51,649 bases of DNA from Hyphomicrobiaceae bacterium. GTDB lineage: Bacteria; Pseudomonadota; Alphaproteobacteria; Rhizobiales; Hyphomicrobiaceae. The notes below the pieces were generated by a model. It searched no databases, was not told the origin of the DNA, and saw nothing but the letters and a program-made list of their open reading frames with translations. Shown here piece by piece: positions 18,800 through 27,593 of this stretch. A program made the translations under genes and the position numbers. Positions within the stretch are counted from its first letter, which is position 1. Each line of letters starts with the position of its first letter. The DNA is taken from contig JANNXS010000075.1 in the NCBI GenBank assembly GCA_031409695.1, positions 1 through 51,649 of the forward strand, written 5' to 3'.

Positions 18800-19852
18800 T
18801 CAAGACCGAACAGTGACAGGCACGGCGACGGCCGTAAACCCCGGACCCAGCGCCGACATGAGGCGGATCCCAGGCGTTGCGTCCGCCAGCAGGCGTTGCA
18901 GAACAAACAGCACCGTTGGCGCTGACATGTTGCCGTGGTCGTGCAGGACGTCGCGTTCCGTGTCGAGCGAGCCGGCCGCAATATCGAGCGACGCCTCGAG
19001 CGCTTCTAATACCTTGGTGCCGCCGGGATGAAAGCCGAAGCGGTGAATCGACTCCCGCGTCAGCGAAAGCTGTTCAAGAAAACCTTGCACGACTGGCGAG
19101 ATCTGACGCCGGACGAACGGCGGAATATCTCGATCAAAGACAACCTCCAACCCGTCGCGGCTCACGTCCCAACCCATGATGCGTAGCGTGTTGGGCCATG
19201 TGTACTGACAACCGACGCCAACGATGTGCCGATCCCCGGGTCGCGCCGTCGTCAGAACCGCGGCGGCAGCACCATCGCCAAACAGCGCCGTTGCGACGAT
19301 GTTCGATTTTGTCAGAGTGTCTTGATGGAACGACAGCGTGCAGAGCTCCACTGCCACAACAAGAACCCTGGCTCCGGGAGAAGCGCGGGCCAACTGACTG
19401 CCGAGCGCCAATCCGCAAAGGCCGCCCGCGCAGCCCAAGCCAAACACGGGTACACGCATAATATCGGGCCTGAAACCGAGTTCGTCGGCGGCTCGCGCCT
19501 CCAAGGTCGGGGTGGCGATGCCGGTTGAACTTATCGTGATAACGGCGTCAACATCTGCGGCCTTGATCCCTGCAGCGCTCAAAGCGTCGCGTGCGGCTTC
19601 AACAAATAAGCGTCCGGCGACCTTGATGTAGGCCGCATTCCGCTCCTCCCACCCGCGCGGTTGAAGATACCATTCAATAGGCATGGCTGTCGCCCGGCTG
19701 GCGATCCCAGCATTGGTAAATACGGGCGCGAGGCGATGAAAGTCTGGAAAGCGGTGCTGAAACTTGTCACGCGCCGCGGCGAGGGCGTCGGCCTGTGACA
19801 GCCGATGCTCGGGGAGGGCTGTGCCAAGCCCCATAAGAGCGATATCGACCAT
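18800..19852 (-). CDS. Type III polyketide synthase (chalcone/stilbene synthase family)
   Basis: Catalytic Cys in FGLGCAGG, His in FHPGGTKVL, Asn in GNMSAPTV; 350 aa from ATG 19852 with a GAGAGG Shine-Dalgarno. The ORF-track N-terminal extension to 20056 is rejected. Confidence 0.9.
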   Translation of the reverse strand: MVDIALMGLGTALPEHRLSQADALAAARDKFQHRFPDFHRLAPVFTNAGIASRATAMPIEWYLQPRGWEERNAAYIKVAGRLFVEAARDALSAAGIKAADVDAVITISSTGIATPTLEARAADELGFRPDIMRVPVFGLGCAGGLCGLALGSQLARASPGARVLVVAVELCTLSFHQDTLTKSNIVATALFGDGAAAAVLTTARPGDRHIVGVGCQYTWPNTLRIMGWDVSRDGLEVVFDRDIPPFVRRQISPVVQGFLEQLSLTRESIHRFGFHPGGTKVLEALEASLDIAAGSLDTERDVLHDHGNMSAPTVLFVLQRLLADATPGIRLMSALGPGFTAVAVPVTVRS

Positions 19853-20024
19853 ACTTAACCTCTCAACAACGCTCTGACGCATACGGCGGGTCGACCTGAC
19901 CGGATTGGCTCTGCACCAACTGAAGACGTGGCTGAGGGTCGGTGACATCGTGCGCAACTCTGCAACGCGCCGGGACAGACGCGCGGCCGCGCTGGACTTC
20001 TCGGCGCCACGGGGCCAAACATGA

Positions 20025-20105
20025 CCCATGAGCGATGGGTCGCTCGTCTTGCCCATGAGCGATGGGTCGCTCGTCTCGCCCCTGAGCGACGGATCGCTCG
20101 CCTAA
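20025..20105 (+). repeat. 3 x 27-bp tandem repeat, each unit carrying the palindrome GAGCGA-N4-TCGCTC
   Basis: Units lie at 20025-20051, 20052-20078 (26/27 identical to unit 1) and 20079-20105 (degenerate). The palindromes are at 20030-20045, 20057-20072 and 20084-20099. The array ends 18 nt before the ATG of the SBP gene. Confidence 0.9.
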
Positions 20106-20122
20106 CGTTTTGCGGAGGAACT

Positions 20123-21739
20123 ATGCGCGCACAGCCAATCAAATTCAGTATCGGGTCGATGGCCCTGGGCCTGCTGGCCAGCGTGGCAGTCGACGCGCTC
20201 TCAGCCAGCGCGGCACTCGCCCAGACGCCCAAGGACACCGTTGTCATGGCCAAACAGATCGATGACATCATTTCGCTCGATCCGGCCGAAGCGTTCGAGT
20301 TTTCTGGCGTTGAAGTGGTCACCAACGTCTATGACAAGTTGATCGGCATTGATCTCGCCAAGAACAACGCACTCACGCCGGAACTGGCCGAGAGCTGGAT
20401 CGTTAGCCCGGACAACCTCACCTATACTTTTAAGCTTCGGAAAGGCGTAAAGTTCCACTCCGGCAACGCGATGACGTCAGCCGACGTGGTCTACTCGTTC
20501 CAACGCGCCGTCACCTTGAACAAATCACCGGGTTTCATCCTGCTGCAATTCGGCTTCACCAAGGAAAACGTGCTTGAGAAAATCAAAGCGCCAGACGCGG
20601 ATACTGTTGTGATCACGGTGTCGAAGCCCTTTGCGCCTTCATTCTTCTTGAACTGCCTGACATCGGGTGTCGCAAGCGTTGTCGACAGCAAGACTGTCAT
20701 GGCAAACGTGAAGGGCGATGACTTTGGCAACGAGTGGATGAAGCTGAACTCGGCTGGATCGGGCGCATATTCTGTTCGCGCCTACCGTCCGAACGAGCAG
20801 TATGCCCTTGAAGCCCATGCCGCCTGGTACAAGGGCGCGCCGAAGAACAAGCGCGTGATCGTGCGCCATGTGGCCGAGCCAGCCTCGCAGCGCCTTCTGC
20901 TCGAAAAAGGCGACATCGACATCGCCCGCAACCTGACCAAGGACCAATTGGCAGCTGTCAAGACGAAGCCGGAAATCGCCATCACCCAGGGCGACAAAGG
21001 CTACATCTTGTATTTGGGCCTGAACACCAAGAACGCCAACTTCGCCAAGCCTGAGGTGCGCGAGGCCATGAAGTGGCTGGTCGACTATTCATCGATCGAA
21101 ACCAACATCGTCGAAGGCACCTACAAGCCGCACCAGGCATTCCTCCCCAAGGGCTTCCTCGGCGCAATCGACGATAAGCCCTACAAGTTCGACCCCGCAA
21201 AAGCCAAGGAACTGCTCGCCAAGGCCGGATTGCCGAACGGCTTCACCGTCACCATGGACGTGCGCAACACCTCGCCGATCCAGGACATCGCCCAGGCCAT
21301 TCAGGCACAATGGGCGCAAGCGGGCGTCAAGCTTGAGCTGATCCCGGGCGACGGCAAGGCGACACTGACCAAATATCGTGCACGCACGCATGATATCTAC
21401 ATTGGCCAGTGGGGGCCGGATTATCTCGATCCCCACACAAACGCTGAAACCTTCGCCATCAACGAGAACAACGGCGAAGACGCCAAGTCAAAGACACTCG
21501 CCTGGCGCAACGCTTGGGACATCCCTGAGATGACCAAGATCACGCAGGCAGCCGTGCTTGAAACCGACAGCGCCAAGCGTGCGACCACCTACGGCACGCT
21601 GCAGCGCGAGCACCAGAAGATCTCGCCGTTCGTGATCATGTTCCAGCAGGTCGAAGTCTCGGCGCAGGTCAAGTCCGTCGGCGGCTGGATCATAGGACCG
21701 AGCTCTGACTCGAACTTCTACAACACGATTACGAAGTAA
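20123..21739 (+). CDS. ABC transporter substrate-binding protein, family 5 (peptide/nickel/opine type)
   Basis: Signal peptide (MRAQPIKFSIGSMALGLLASVAV...ALA) and family-5 SBP blocks (FKLRKGVKFHSGN). GGAGGA Shine-Dalgarno 4-9 nt upstream of ATG 20123. Confidence 0.85.
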   Translation: MRAQPIKFSIGSMALGLLASVAVDALSASAALAQTPKDTVVMAKQIDDIISLDPAEAFEFSGVEVVTNVYDKLIGIDLAKNNALTPELAESWIVSPDNLTYTFKLRKGVKFHSGNAMTSADVVYSFQRAVTLNKSPGFILLQFGFTKENVLEKIKAPDADTVVITVSKPFAPSFFLNCLTSGVASVVDSKTVMANVKGDDFGNEWMKLNSAGSGAYSVRAYRPNEQYALEAHAAWYKGAPKNKRVIVRHVAEPASQRLLLEKGDIDIARNLTKDQLAAVKTKPEIAITQGDKGYILYLGLNTKNANFAKPEVREAMKWLVDYSSIETNIVEGTYKPHQAFLPKGFLGAIDDKPYKFDPAKAKELLAKAGLPNGFTVTMDVRNTSPIQDIAQAIQAQWAQAGVKLELIPGDGKATLTKYRARTHDIYIGQWGPDYLDPHTNAETFAINENNGEDAKSKTLAWRNAWDIPEMTKITQAAVLETDSAKRATTYGTLQREHQKISPFVIMFQQVEVSAQVKSVGGWIIGPSSDSNFYNTITK

Positions 21740-21783
21740 GGTCGGCTCGAACTAAAGCTCGTGTTGATCTGGCACACGACGTG

Positions 21784-21811
21784 GGGGCGGGCGTTCACGC
21801 TCGCCCCTTTT
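21784..21811 (+). terminator. Rho-independent terminator after the SBP gene
   Basis: GGGGCGGGCG-TTCA-CGCTCGCCCC 10-bp stem followed by TTTT. Confidence 0.75.
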
Positions 21812-21845
21812 GCGCACTTTCAACCGAGTGGCATGACCGAGCGCG

Positions 21846-24455
21846 ATGAGAATAGAACTCCCCGACTTCTGCCTCGTCTTGCTGATCGGTGCCTCGGGCT
21901 CAGGCAAATCAACGTTCGCGCGCACGCATTTTAAACCGACGGAGATTATCTCATCGGACCATTATCGTGGCGTCGTTGATGATGATGAGAACAGCCTGGA
22001 GGCCAGCGGTGACGCGTTCGCGGCCTGCCACTTCGTCACGGCGACACGCCTCAAACGTCGCAAGCTGACGGTCATCGACGCAACCAACATCCGGCCCGAA
22101 GACCGCGACAAGTTCATCTCGATCGCGAAGCAATACCACGCCATCACTGTCGGCATCGTCATCGATCCCGGCGAGCGCGTCTGCCACGCCCGCAACGAGA
22201 CGCACCCCGATCGGCAATTTGGCCCGCACGTGGTGCGTAACCAGATGGCCAGCCTGCGCCGCGGACTAAATCGTCCCGATAAGGAGGGCATCCGCTACCT
22301 GCACTGGCTCGAGAGCGTCGACCAGATCTCCGCTGTAACCGTCACGCGAATCCGCACCTGGACCGATGCGCGCCATGTCGAGGGGCCGTTCGACATCATC
22401 GGCGATGTGCATGGCTGCGCGGATGAGTTGCAGGAGCTACTGGAGAAACTCGGGTACGTGGTCGCCTGGGCCGAGAGCCTCGGTCGTCGCACCGTCCGCG
22501 TCACGCCACCAACCGGCCGGCAAGCTGTGTTCGTTGGTGATCTCGTTGATCGCGGTCCGAATTCGCCGGATGTGCTGCGCATTGTCATGAGCCTGGTCGC
22601 CGACGGCCGCGGGCTTTGCGTGCTCGGCAACCACGACATCAAGTTTTGGCGCTGGCTCTCGGGAAAAACCGTGACGCTGACCCATGGCCTCGATAAGACC
22701 GTCGCGCAGATGGAGGCGGCCGCCAAAGTCGACACGTATTTCAAACGCGAGGTGGCGACGTTTGTTGGCAATCTTGTCAGCCACTTCTGGCTCGATGGTG
22801 GGCGCCTTGCCGTGGCGCATGCTGGTGTCAAAGACGAGATGATCGGACGCGCCTCGGGCGCGGTGCGCGAGTTCTGCCTGTACGGTGAAACAACCGGCGA
22901 GAGCGACGCGTTTGGCCTGCCAATCCGGCACAACTGGACGGCCGATTACCGGGGTAAAACCGTCGTCGTGTATGGCCACACACCGACGCTCAACGCCGAA
23001 TGGTTGAACGACACCATCTGCATCGATACGGGTTGCGTGTTCGGCGGCCGTCTCACGGCCCTGCGCTGGCCGGAGCGCGTGTTGGTTGATGTACCGGCGC
23101 GCCAAGTCTACGCCGAGCCGAAACGTCCGCTTGCGCCACCACCTGAGCCACAACTCACGGCCCAACAAGCGCAGGACGATCTGCTCGACATTGATCTGGT
23201 CATTGGCAAACACATCGTCACAACGACACTCGGCAAGACAGTGACCATAGACGCGGCCCAGTCGGCCGCGGCGCTTGAAATGATGTCGCGTTTCGCCGCC
23301 AATCCAAAGTGGCTGATCCATCTGCCGCCGACCATGTCGCCATGCGCAACATCACTCACCCAAGATCCACCGGACACGACGAAATCGCACAGCCTCGCAG
23401 ATATGCTTGAACAGCCGGCCGCCGCCTTCGAGTATTACCGCGACGAAGGCGTTACCGACTTGGTCGTGCAAGAAAAGCACATGGGGTCGCGCGCGCTTTT
23501 GCTCGTCTGCCGGGATGTTGATACGGCCCGCATGCGCTTTGGCGTGACCACCGGCGAAACGGGCATGATCATGACCCGGACCGGTCGTGCCTTCTTCAAC
23601 GATGGCGTCACTGGCGAAGCGTTGCTGGCGCGTGTGCGCACAGCGATGACCGAAGTCCGTTTCTTTGAACGACACGCAACCGATTGGGCGCTTCTCGATG
23701 CGGAGCTTATGCCGTGGTCGGCCAACTTGCAGGGGCTCATTGCGGGCCAATACGCACCGACCGGCGCGGCGGCCACGTCCGACCTGAGCGTGACGGCGCA
23801 GCTATTAGCTGAGGCTGCTACCCGCGATCCATCTGCTGTAGACATCGCCGCGCGCTTTGCGGCTCGCACGTCACGCGCCGAAAAATATGTCGACGCCTAT
23901 CGTCGGTATTGCTGGCCCGTGACATCGCTCGGTGACTACCGCATCGCGCCATTCCATGTGCTCGCAACCGAGGGTGCCGTGCACATGGACAAGGAGCACA
24001 TCTGGCATATGACTGAATGCGCGCGGCTCGCTGAGCCCGGCGATCAGATTCTTATCGCGACGGCACACCACGTGGTCGATGTCACCAATGACGCGAGCAT
24101 CGAACAGGCGACGGACTGGTGGCTCGCGCTGACATCGATGGGTGGCGAGGGCATGGTGGTGAAACCACGCAGTTTTATCGCGCGCGGTCGCAAGGGCATT
24201 GTCCAACCGGCCATTAAGGTGCGCGGGCCCGAGTATCTGCGCATCATCTATGGCCCCGAGTACGACCTGCCCGAACACCTCACCCGGTTGCGCAAGCGCG
24301 GTCTCGGCAAGAAGCGTTCATTGGCCTACCGTGAGTTCATTCTCGGCCATGAGGCCCTGACGCGTTTCGTTGCCAAGCATCCCCTGCGCAAAGTGCACGA
24401 GGCCGTGTTCGCCATCCTCGCGCTCGAAAGTGAGCCGGTTGATCCGCGACTTTGA
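21846..24455 (+). CDS. pnkp: Polynucleotide kinase-phosphatase (Pnkp): 5'-kinase / 2',3'-phosphoesterase / ligase-like adenylyltransferase
   Basis: 869 aa. N-terminal P-loop GASGSGKST. Central calcineurin-type phosphoesterase motifs GDVHGC, GDLVDRGP, GNHD and GHTP. C-terminal nucleotidyltransferase lysine motif EKHMGSR and EGMVVKP. The three-domain order matches bacterial Pnkp. Confidence 0.9.
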   Translation: MRIELPDFCLVLLIGASGSGKSTFARTHFKPTEIISSDHYRGVVDDDENSLEASGDAFAACHFVTATRLKRRKLTVIDATNIRPEDRDKFISIAKQYHAITVGIVIDPGERVCHARNETHPDRQFGPHVVRNQMASLRRGLNRPDKEGIRYLHWLESVDQISAVTVTRIRTWTDARHVEGPFDIIGDVHGCADELQELLEKLGYVVAWAESLGRRTVRVTPPTGRQAVFVGDLVDRGPNSPDVLRIVMSLVADGRGLCVLGNHDIKFWRWLSGKTVTLTHGLDKTVAQMEAAAKVDTYFKREVATFVGNLVSHFWLDGGRLAVAHAGVKDEMIGRASGAVREFCLYGETTGESDAFGLPIRHNWTADYRGKTVVVYGHTPTLNAEWLNDTICIDTGCVFGGRLTALRWPERVLVDVPARQVYAEPKRPLAPPPEPQLTAQQAQDDLLDIDLVIGKHIVTTTLGKTVTIDAAQSAAALEMMSRFAANPKWLIHLPPTMSPCATSLTQDPPDTTKSHSLADMLEQPAAAFEYYRDEGVTDLVVQEKHMGSRALLLVCRDVDTARMRFGVTTGETGMIMTRTGRAFFNDGVTGEALLARVRTAMTEVRFFERHATDWALLDAELMPWSANLQGLIAGQYAPTGAAATSDLSVTAQLLAEAATRDPSAVDIAARFAARTSRAEKYVDAYRRYCWPVTSLGDYRIAPFHVLATEGAVHMDKEHIWHMTECARLAEPGDQILIATAHHVVDVTNDASIEQATDWWLALTSMGGEGMVVKPRSFIARGRKGIVQPAIKVRGPEYLRIIYGPEYDLPEHLTRLRKRGLGKKRSLAYREFILGHEALTRFVAKHPLRKVHEAVFAILALESEPVDPRL

Positions 24456-24469
24456 CGGCTGTTGCACCG

Positions 24470-26062
24470 CTACAATCGCTTGGCCGCATCGAGCTTTGCG
24501 AGCGTGGCGTCGGCGGTCTCAAGCAGGGCTGCGCGCTTTTCGGCCGTCATCTTGTTCCAACTGCTGTACATCGTTGTCATGCGTGGATTTCCGCCCAGCT
24601 TTTCGCGGTGGCGATCAAGGAAAGACCAGTACAACGCGTTCATCGGGCACGAGGTCGGCCCGGTCGTCTGCTTCACGTCATAGCGGCACGTCTTGCAGTG
24701 GTTTGACATCCGATTGATGTAAGCGCCCGAGGCGACATAAGGCTTTGAGGCGAGAACGCCGCCGTCGCCGAACTGGCTCATGCCCAGAGTGTTCGGCAAT
24801 TCGACCCACTCATAGGCATCAACATAAACCGCCAGATACCACTCATGCAGCTCCTGCGGAGAAACGCCGGCCAGGAGCGCGAAATTGCCGGTGACCATGA
24901 GGCGCTGAATGTGGTGAGCGTAGGCATGCTCGATGGTCTGTGACACCGCCGCGCGGACGCAAGCCATATCTGTCTCAGCGTTCCAGTAAAACTCGGGAAC
25001 GGGGCGCGTATGGGCGAAGTAATTCTCTGCCACATAGGCCGGCATTTTATGCCAGTAGATGCCGCGCACATACTCACGCCACCCGATGATCTGCCGGATA
25101 TAGCCCTCAGCGGCGTTGAGCGGCACACGGCCCTCCGTGTACGCAGCCGCTACGCGTCGACAGACGGTAAGTGGGTCAATCAGACCGATGTTGATGTAGC
25201 CGCCAAGCAACGAGTGATACAGAAACGGCTCCCCCTCCAGCATCGCGTCCTGGTAGTCACCGAAGCGGGCGAGGCCATGGGCGACGAAATGTTCGAGCGC
25301 TCGCTCGGCATCCGCGCGGGTGACAGCAAAACCGAACGGCTCCAACGTGCCGATATGGTCGGGAAAGCGTTGCGCCACGAGGTCGAGAACATCTCGTGTG
25401 ATCGCATCGGGCACCACGCGGAAAGGCTGCGGCATGAACAGGTCCGCTTTGGCCGGCTTGCGGTTGTCGTGGTCAAAGTTCCACTGGCCACCTGCGGGTT
25501 GATCGCCCTCCATAAGCAGCCCGGTTTTGCGCCGCATGTCGCGATAGAAGAACTCCATGCGCAGCTGTTTGCGGCCGTCCGCCCAGGTGGCAAACTCGCG
25601 GCCCGAACAGATGAAGCGGTCATCGTCGCGGATGTCGACGGGGACCCCGATATCCTCAGCCCACCCGCGCATATCTTCAAGCAAGCGCCACTCACCGGGC
25701 GACGTGACCATGACACGTGCGGGCTTGTGCGTTTTAACGGCGCGGGCGACTTCTCCTCGGAGCGAACCGCTGTTGGCTGGATCATCGAGACGGCGATAGT
25801 CGACGTTCAGCCAGCCCGCCTCTCTGAGTTCCTCGGCAAAATGGCGCATGGCCGAAAAAACAAACGCGATTTTCTTCTTATGGTGGCGCACGTACGTTGC
25901 CTCGGCCTGGACCTCAGCCATCAGCACGACATCGCGCGCCGGATCCGCGTCTGCGAGGCTCGACAGACTTGGCGTGAGATGGTCCCCGAGTACGAGAATG
26001 AGGTTTCGCCCAGAGGCGGGTCGTGTGGAGGCGGGTTGTTTAGAAGTGGGGCGGGGCGGCAT
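24470..26062 (-). CDS. Cryptochrome/photolyase-family protein of the FeS-BCP type ((6-4) photolyase PhrB/CryB-like)
   Basis: 530 aa. The N-terminus LILVLGDHL and RHHKKKIAFVFSAMRHF are typical of the photolyase-related/FeS-BCP group. Four Cys are positioned as in the 4Fe-4S ligand set (DMAC..., HCKTCRY, TSCP). Confidence 0.8.
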   Translation of the reverse strand: MPPRPTSKQPASTRPASGRNLILVLGDHLTPSLSSLADADPARDVVLMAEVQAEATYVRHHKKKIAFVFSAMRHFAEELREAGWLNVDYRRLDDPANSGSLRGEVARAVKTHKPARVMVTSPGEWRLLEDMRGWAEDIGVPVDIRDDDRFICSGREFATWADGRKQLRMEFFYRDMRRKTGLLMEGDQPAGGQWNFDHDNRKPAKADLFMPQPFRVVPDAITRDVLDLVAQRFPDHIGTLEPFGFAVTRADAERALEHFVAHGLARFGDYQDAMLEGEPFLYHSLLGGYINIGLIDPLTVCRRVAAAYTEGRVPLNAAEGYIRQIIGWREYVRGIYWHKMPAYVAENYFAHTRPVPEFYWNAETDMACVRAAVSQTIEHAYAHHIQRLMVTGNFALLAGVSPQELHEWYLAVYVDAYEWVELPNTLGMSQFGDGGVLASKPYVASGAYINRMSNHCKTCRYDVKQTTGPTSCPMNALYWSFLDRHREKLGGNPRMTTMYSSWNKMTAEKRAALLETADATLAKLDAAKRL

Positions 26063-26144
26063 CGTTGAGGCCTCATGCTATGGTCTGTGGCCGCCGTATG
26101 AACGTAATCTGCGACGGCGCCATCTTGTGATGAATTGAGGTACG

Positions 26145-27593
26145 ATGACGACGCTTGTTTGGTTCCGCCAGGATCTGCGCCTTGCGGATAATCCCGCGCT
26201 AGCGGCCGCCGTGGCGCGTGGCGCAATCGTGCCAGTTTACATCTTGGATGACACATCCGGCGTGCGTGCAATCGGGGCTGCCGGGCGCTGGTGGTTGCAC
26301 CATAGCCTTACCGCACTGTCGAAATCACTTGGCGGGCTGGTTTTGCGCCGGGGTGATCCGTCGACGGTTCTTGCGGCCCTGGTGTCTGAGACCGGCGCCA
26401 CCCGCGTGGTCTGGAATAGATGCTACGAACCAGAAGCCATTGCCCGTGACACGGCCATCAAGACCGCGCTCACAGCGTCGGGCATTGAGGTCGAGAGCTT
26501 CAATGGCAGTCTGTTGTTTGAGCCGTGGGAGCTTAAAACACTGACCGGCGGGCCATACAAAGTGTACTCACCGTTCTGGCGTGCGTGCTTAAAGCTGCCC
26601 GTGTCCGCGCCAGTTTCAGCGCCGAAGCTGAAACCCACGCTGCATGGGGCCAAAAGCGATCCGCTTGCCAGTTGGACACTTTTGCCGAAACAGCCGAATT
26701 GGGCCGCCGCGTTCGCGCCCGAGTGGACCCCAGGGGAAACAGGCGCGCGCGCGAGGCTGGAGACGTTTTTCGTCGGCGGCCTCGCCGGCTATGGCGAATT
26801 GCGCAATCGGCCGGATTTGCCGAACATCTCGCGTCTGTCGCCACATTTGCACTGGGGCGAGATTTCGCCGCGCCAGATTTGGGCCGCGACGCACATGCGC
26901 ATCGAGACATCCACCAGCCCGCGCGGTGACGCCGACAAGTTTCTCTCGGAAATTGGCTGGCGCGAGTTCGCCCATCATCTGTTGTTTCACTTCCCGACGC
27001 TGCCGACGCGCAACTGGAAACCGGCCTTTGACGCCTATCCGTGGTCAGATGATAAAGCCCAACTGGTTGCCTGGCAAAAAGGGCAGACCGGTTACCCCAT
27101 CGTCGATGCGGGGATGCGCGAACTGTGGGCGACGGGCTACATGCACAACCGCGTGCGCATGATCGTCGCCAGCTTCCTGATCAAACATCTGCGCATCGAT
27201 TGGCGCCAGGGCGAAGCTTGGTTCTGGGACACGCTGCTGGACGCCGACCTCGCCAACAACGCGGCCAGTTGGCAATGGGTGGCAGGCTGTGGCGCAGATG
27301 CCGCGCCGTATTTCCGCATCTTCAACCCCATGGAACAGGGGCGCAAATTCGACCCTAACGGCGACTATGTCAGGCGGTGGTGCCCGGAAATTGCGCGGCT
27401 GCCCAATACCGTGCTGCACGCACCCTTTGAGGCACCGGCCGAAATTTTACGTGCTTGTGGCGTGTCGCTTGGAAAGACCTATCCCCGCCCCATCGTTGAC
27501 CATGCGACCGCCCGTCAGGCAGCGCTTGCCGGATATGGTGCCGTCAAGGCCGCGGGGGCAGAGGCGGCTGATACCGTCGGTCAAAAGCGTTGA
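26145..27593 (+). CDS. phr: Deoxyribodipyrimidine (CPD) photolyase, class I
   Basis: N-terminus LVWFRQDLRLADNPAL; FAD-binding blocks TGYPIVDAGMRELWATGYMHNRVRMIVASFL and WQWVAGCGADAAPYFRIFNP. Confidence 0.93.
   Translation: MTTLVWFRQDLRLADNPALAAAVARGAIVPVYILDDTSGVRAIGAAGRWWLHHSLTALSKSLGGLVLRRGDPSTVLAALVSETGATRVVWNRCYEPEAIARDTAIKTALTASGIEVESFNGSLLFEPWELKTLTGGPYKVYSPFWRACLKLPVSAPVSAPKLKPTLHGAKSDPLASWTLLPKQPNWAAAFAPEWTPGETGARARLETFFVGGLAGYGELRNRPDLPNISRLSPHLHWGEISPRQIWAATHMRIETSTSPRGDADKFLSEIGWREFAHHLLFHFPTLPTRNWKPAFDAYPWSDDKAQLVAWQKGQTGYPIVDAGMRELWATGYMHNRVRMIVASFLIKHLRIDWRQGEAWFWDTLLDADLANNAASWQWVAGCGADAAPYFRIFNPMEQGRKFDPNGDYVRRWCPEIARLPNTVLHAPFEAPAEILRACGVSLGKTYPRPIVDHATARQAALAGYGAVKAAGAEAADTVGQKR

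Noticed and set aside
20025-20105. Possible CRISPR array (27-bp direct repeats)
   Set aside because: The units are directly abutting with no spacers, there are only three copies, and no cas genes are present. It is a simple tandem repeat.
22295-23321. 212-aa and 294-aa - strand ORFs inside pnkp
   Set aside because: They are antisense to the Pnkp reading frame, which carries all expected catalytic motifs. Their composition is typical of GC-rich shadow frames.
25010-26068. 352-aa + strand ORF (and 201-aa ORF at 25180-25785 on the - strand in another frame) overlapping the FeS-photolyase gene
   Set aside because: These are antisense or alternative-frame shadows of a well-supported 530-aa photolyase-family CDS, with no motifs of their own.
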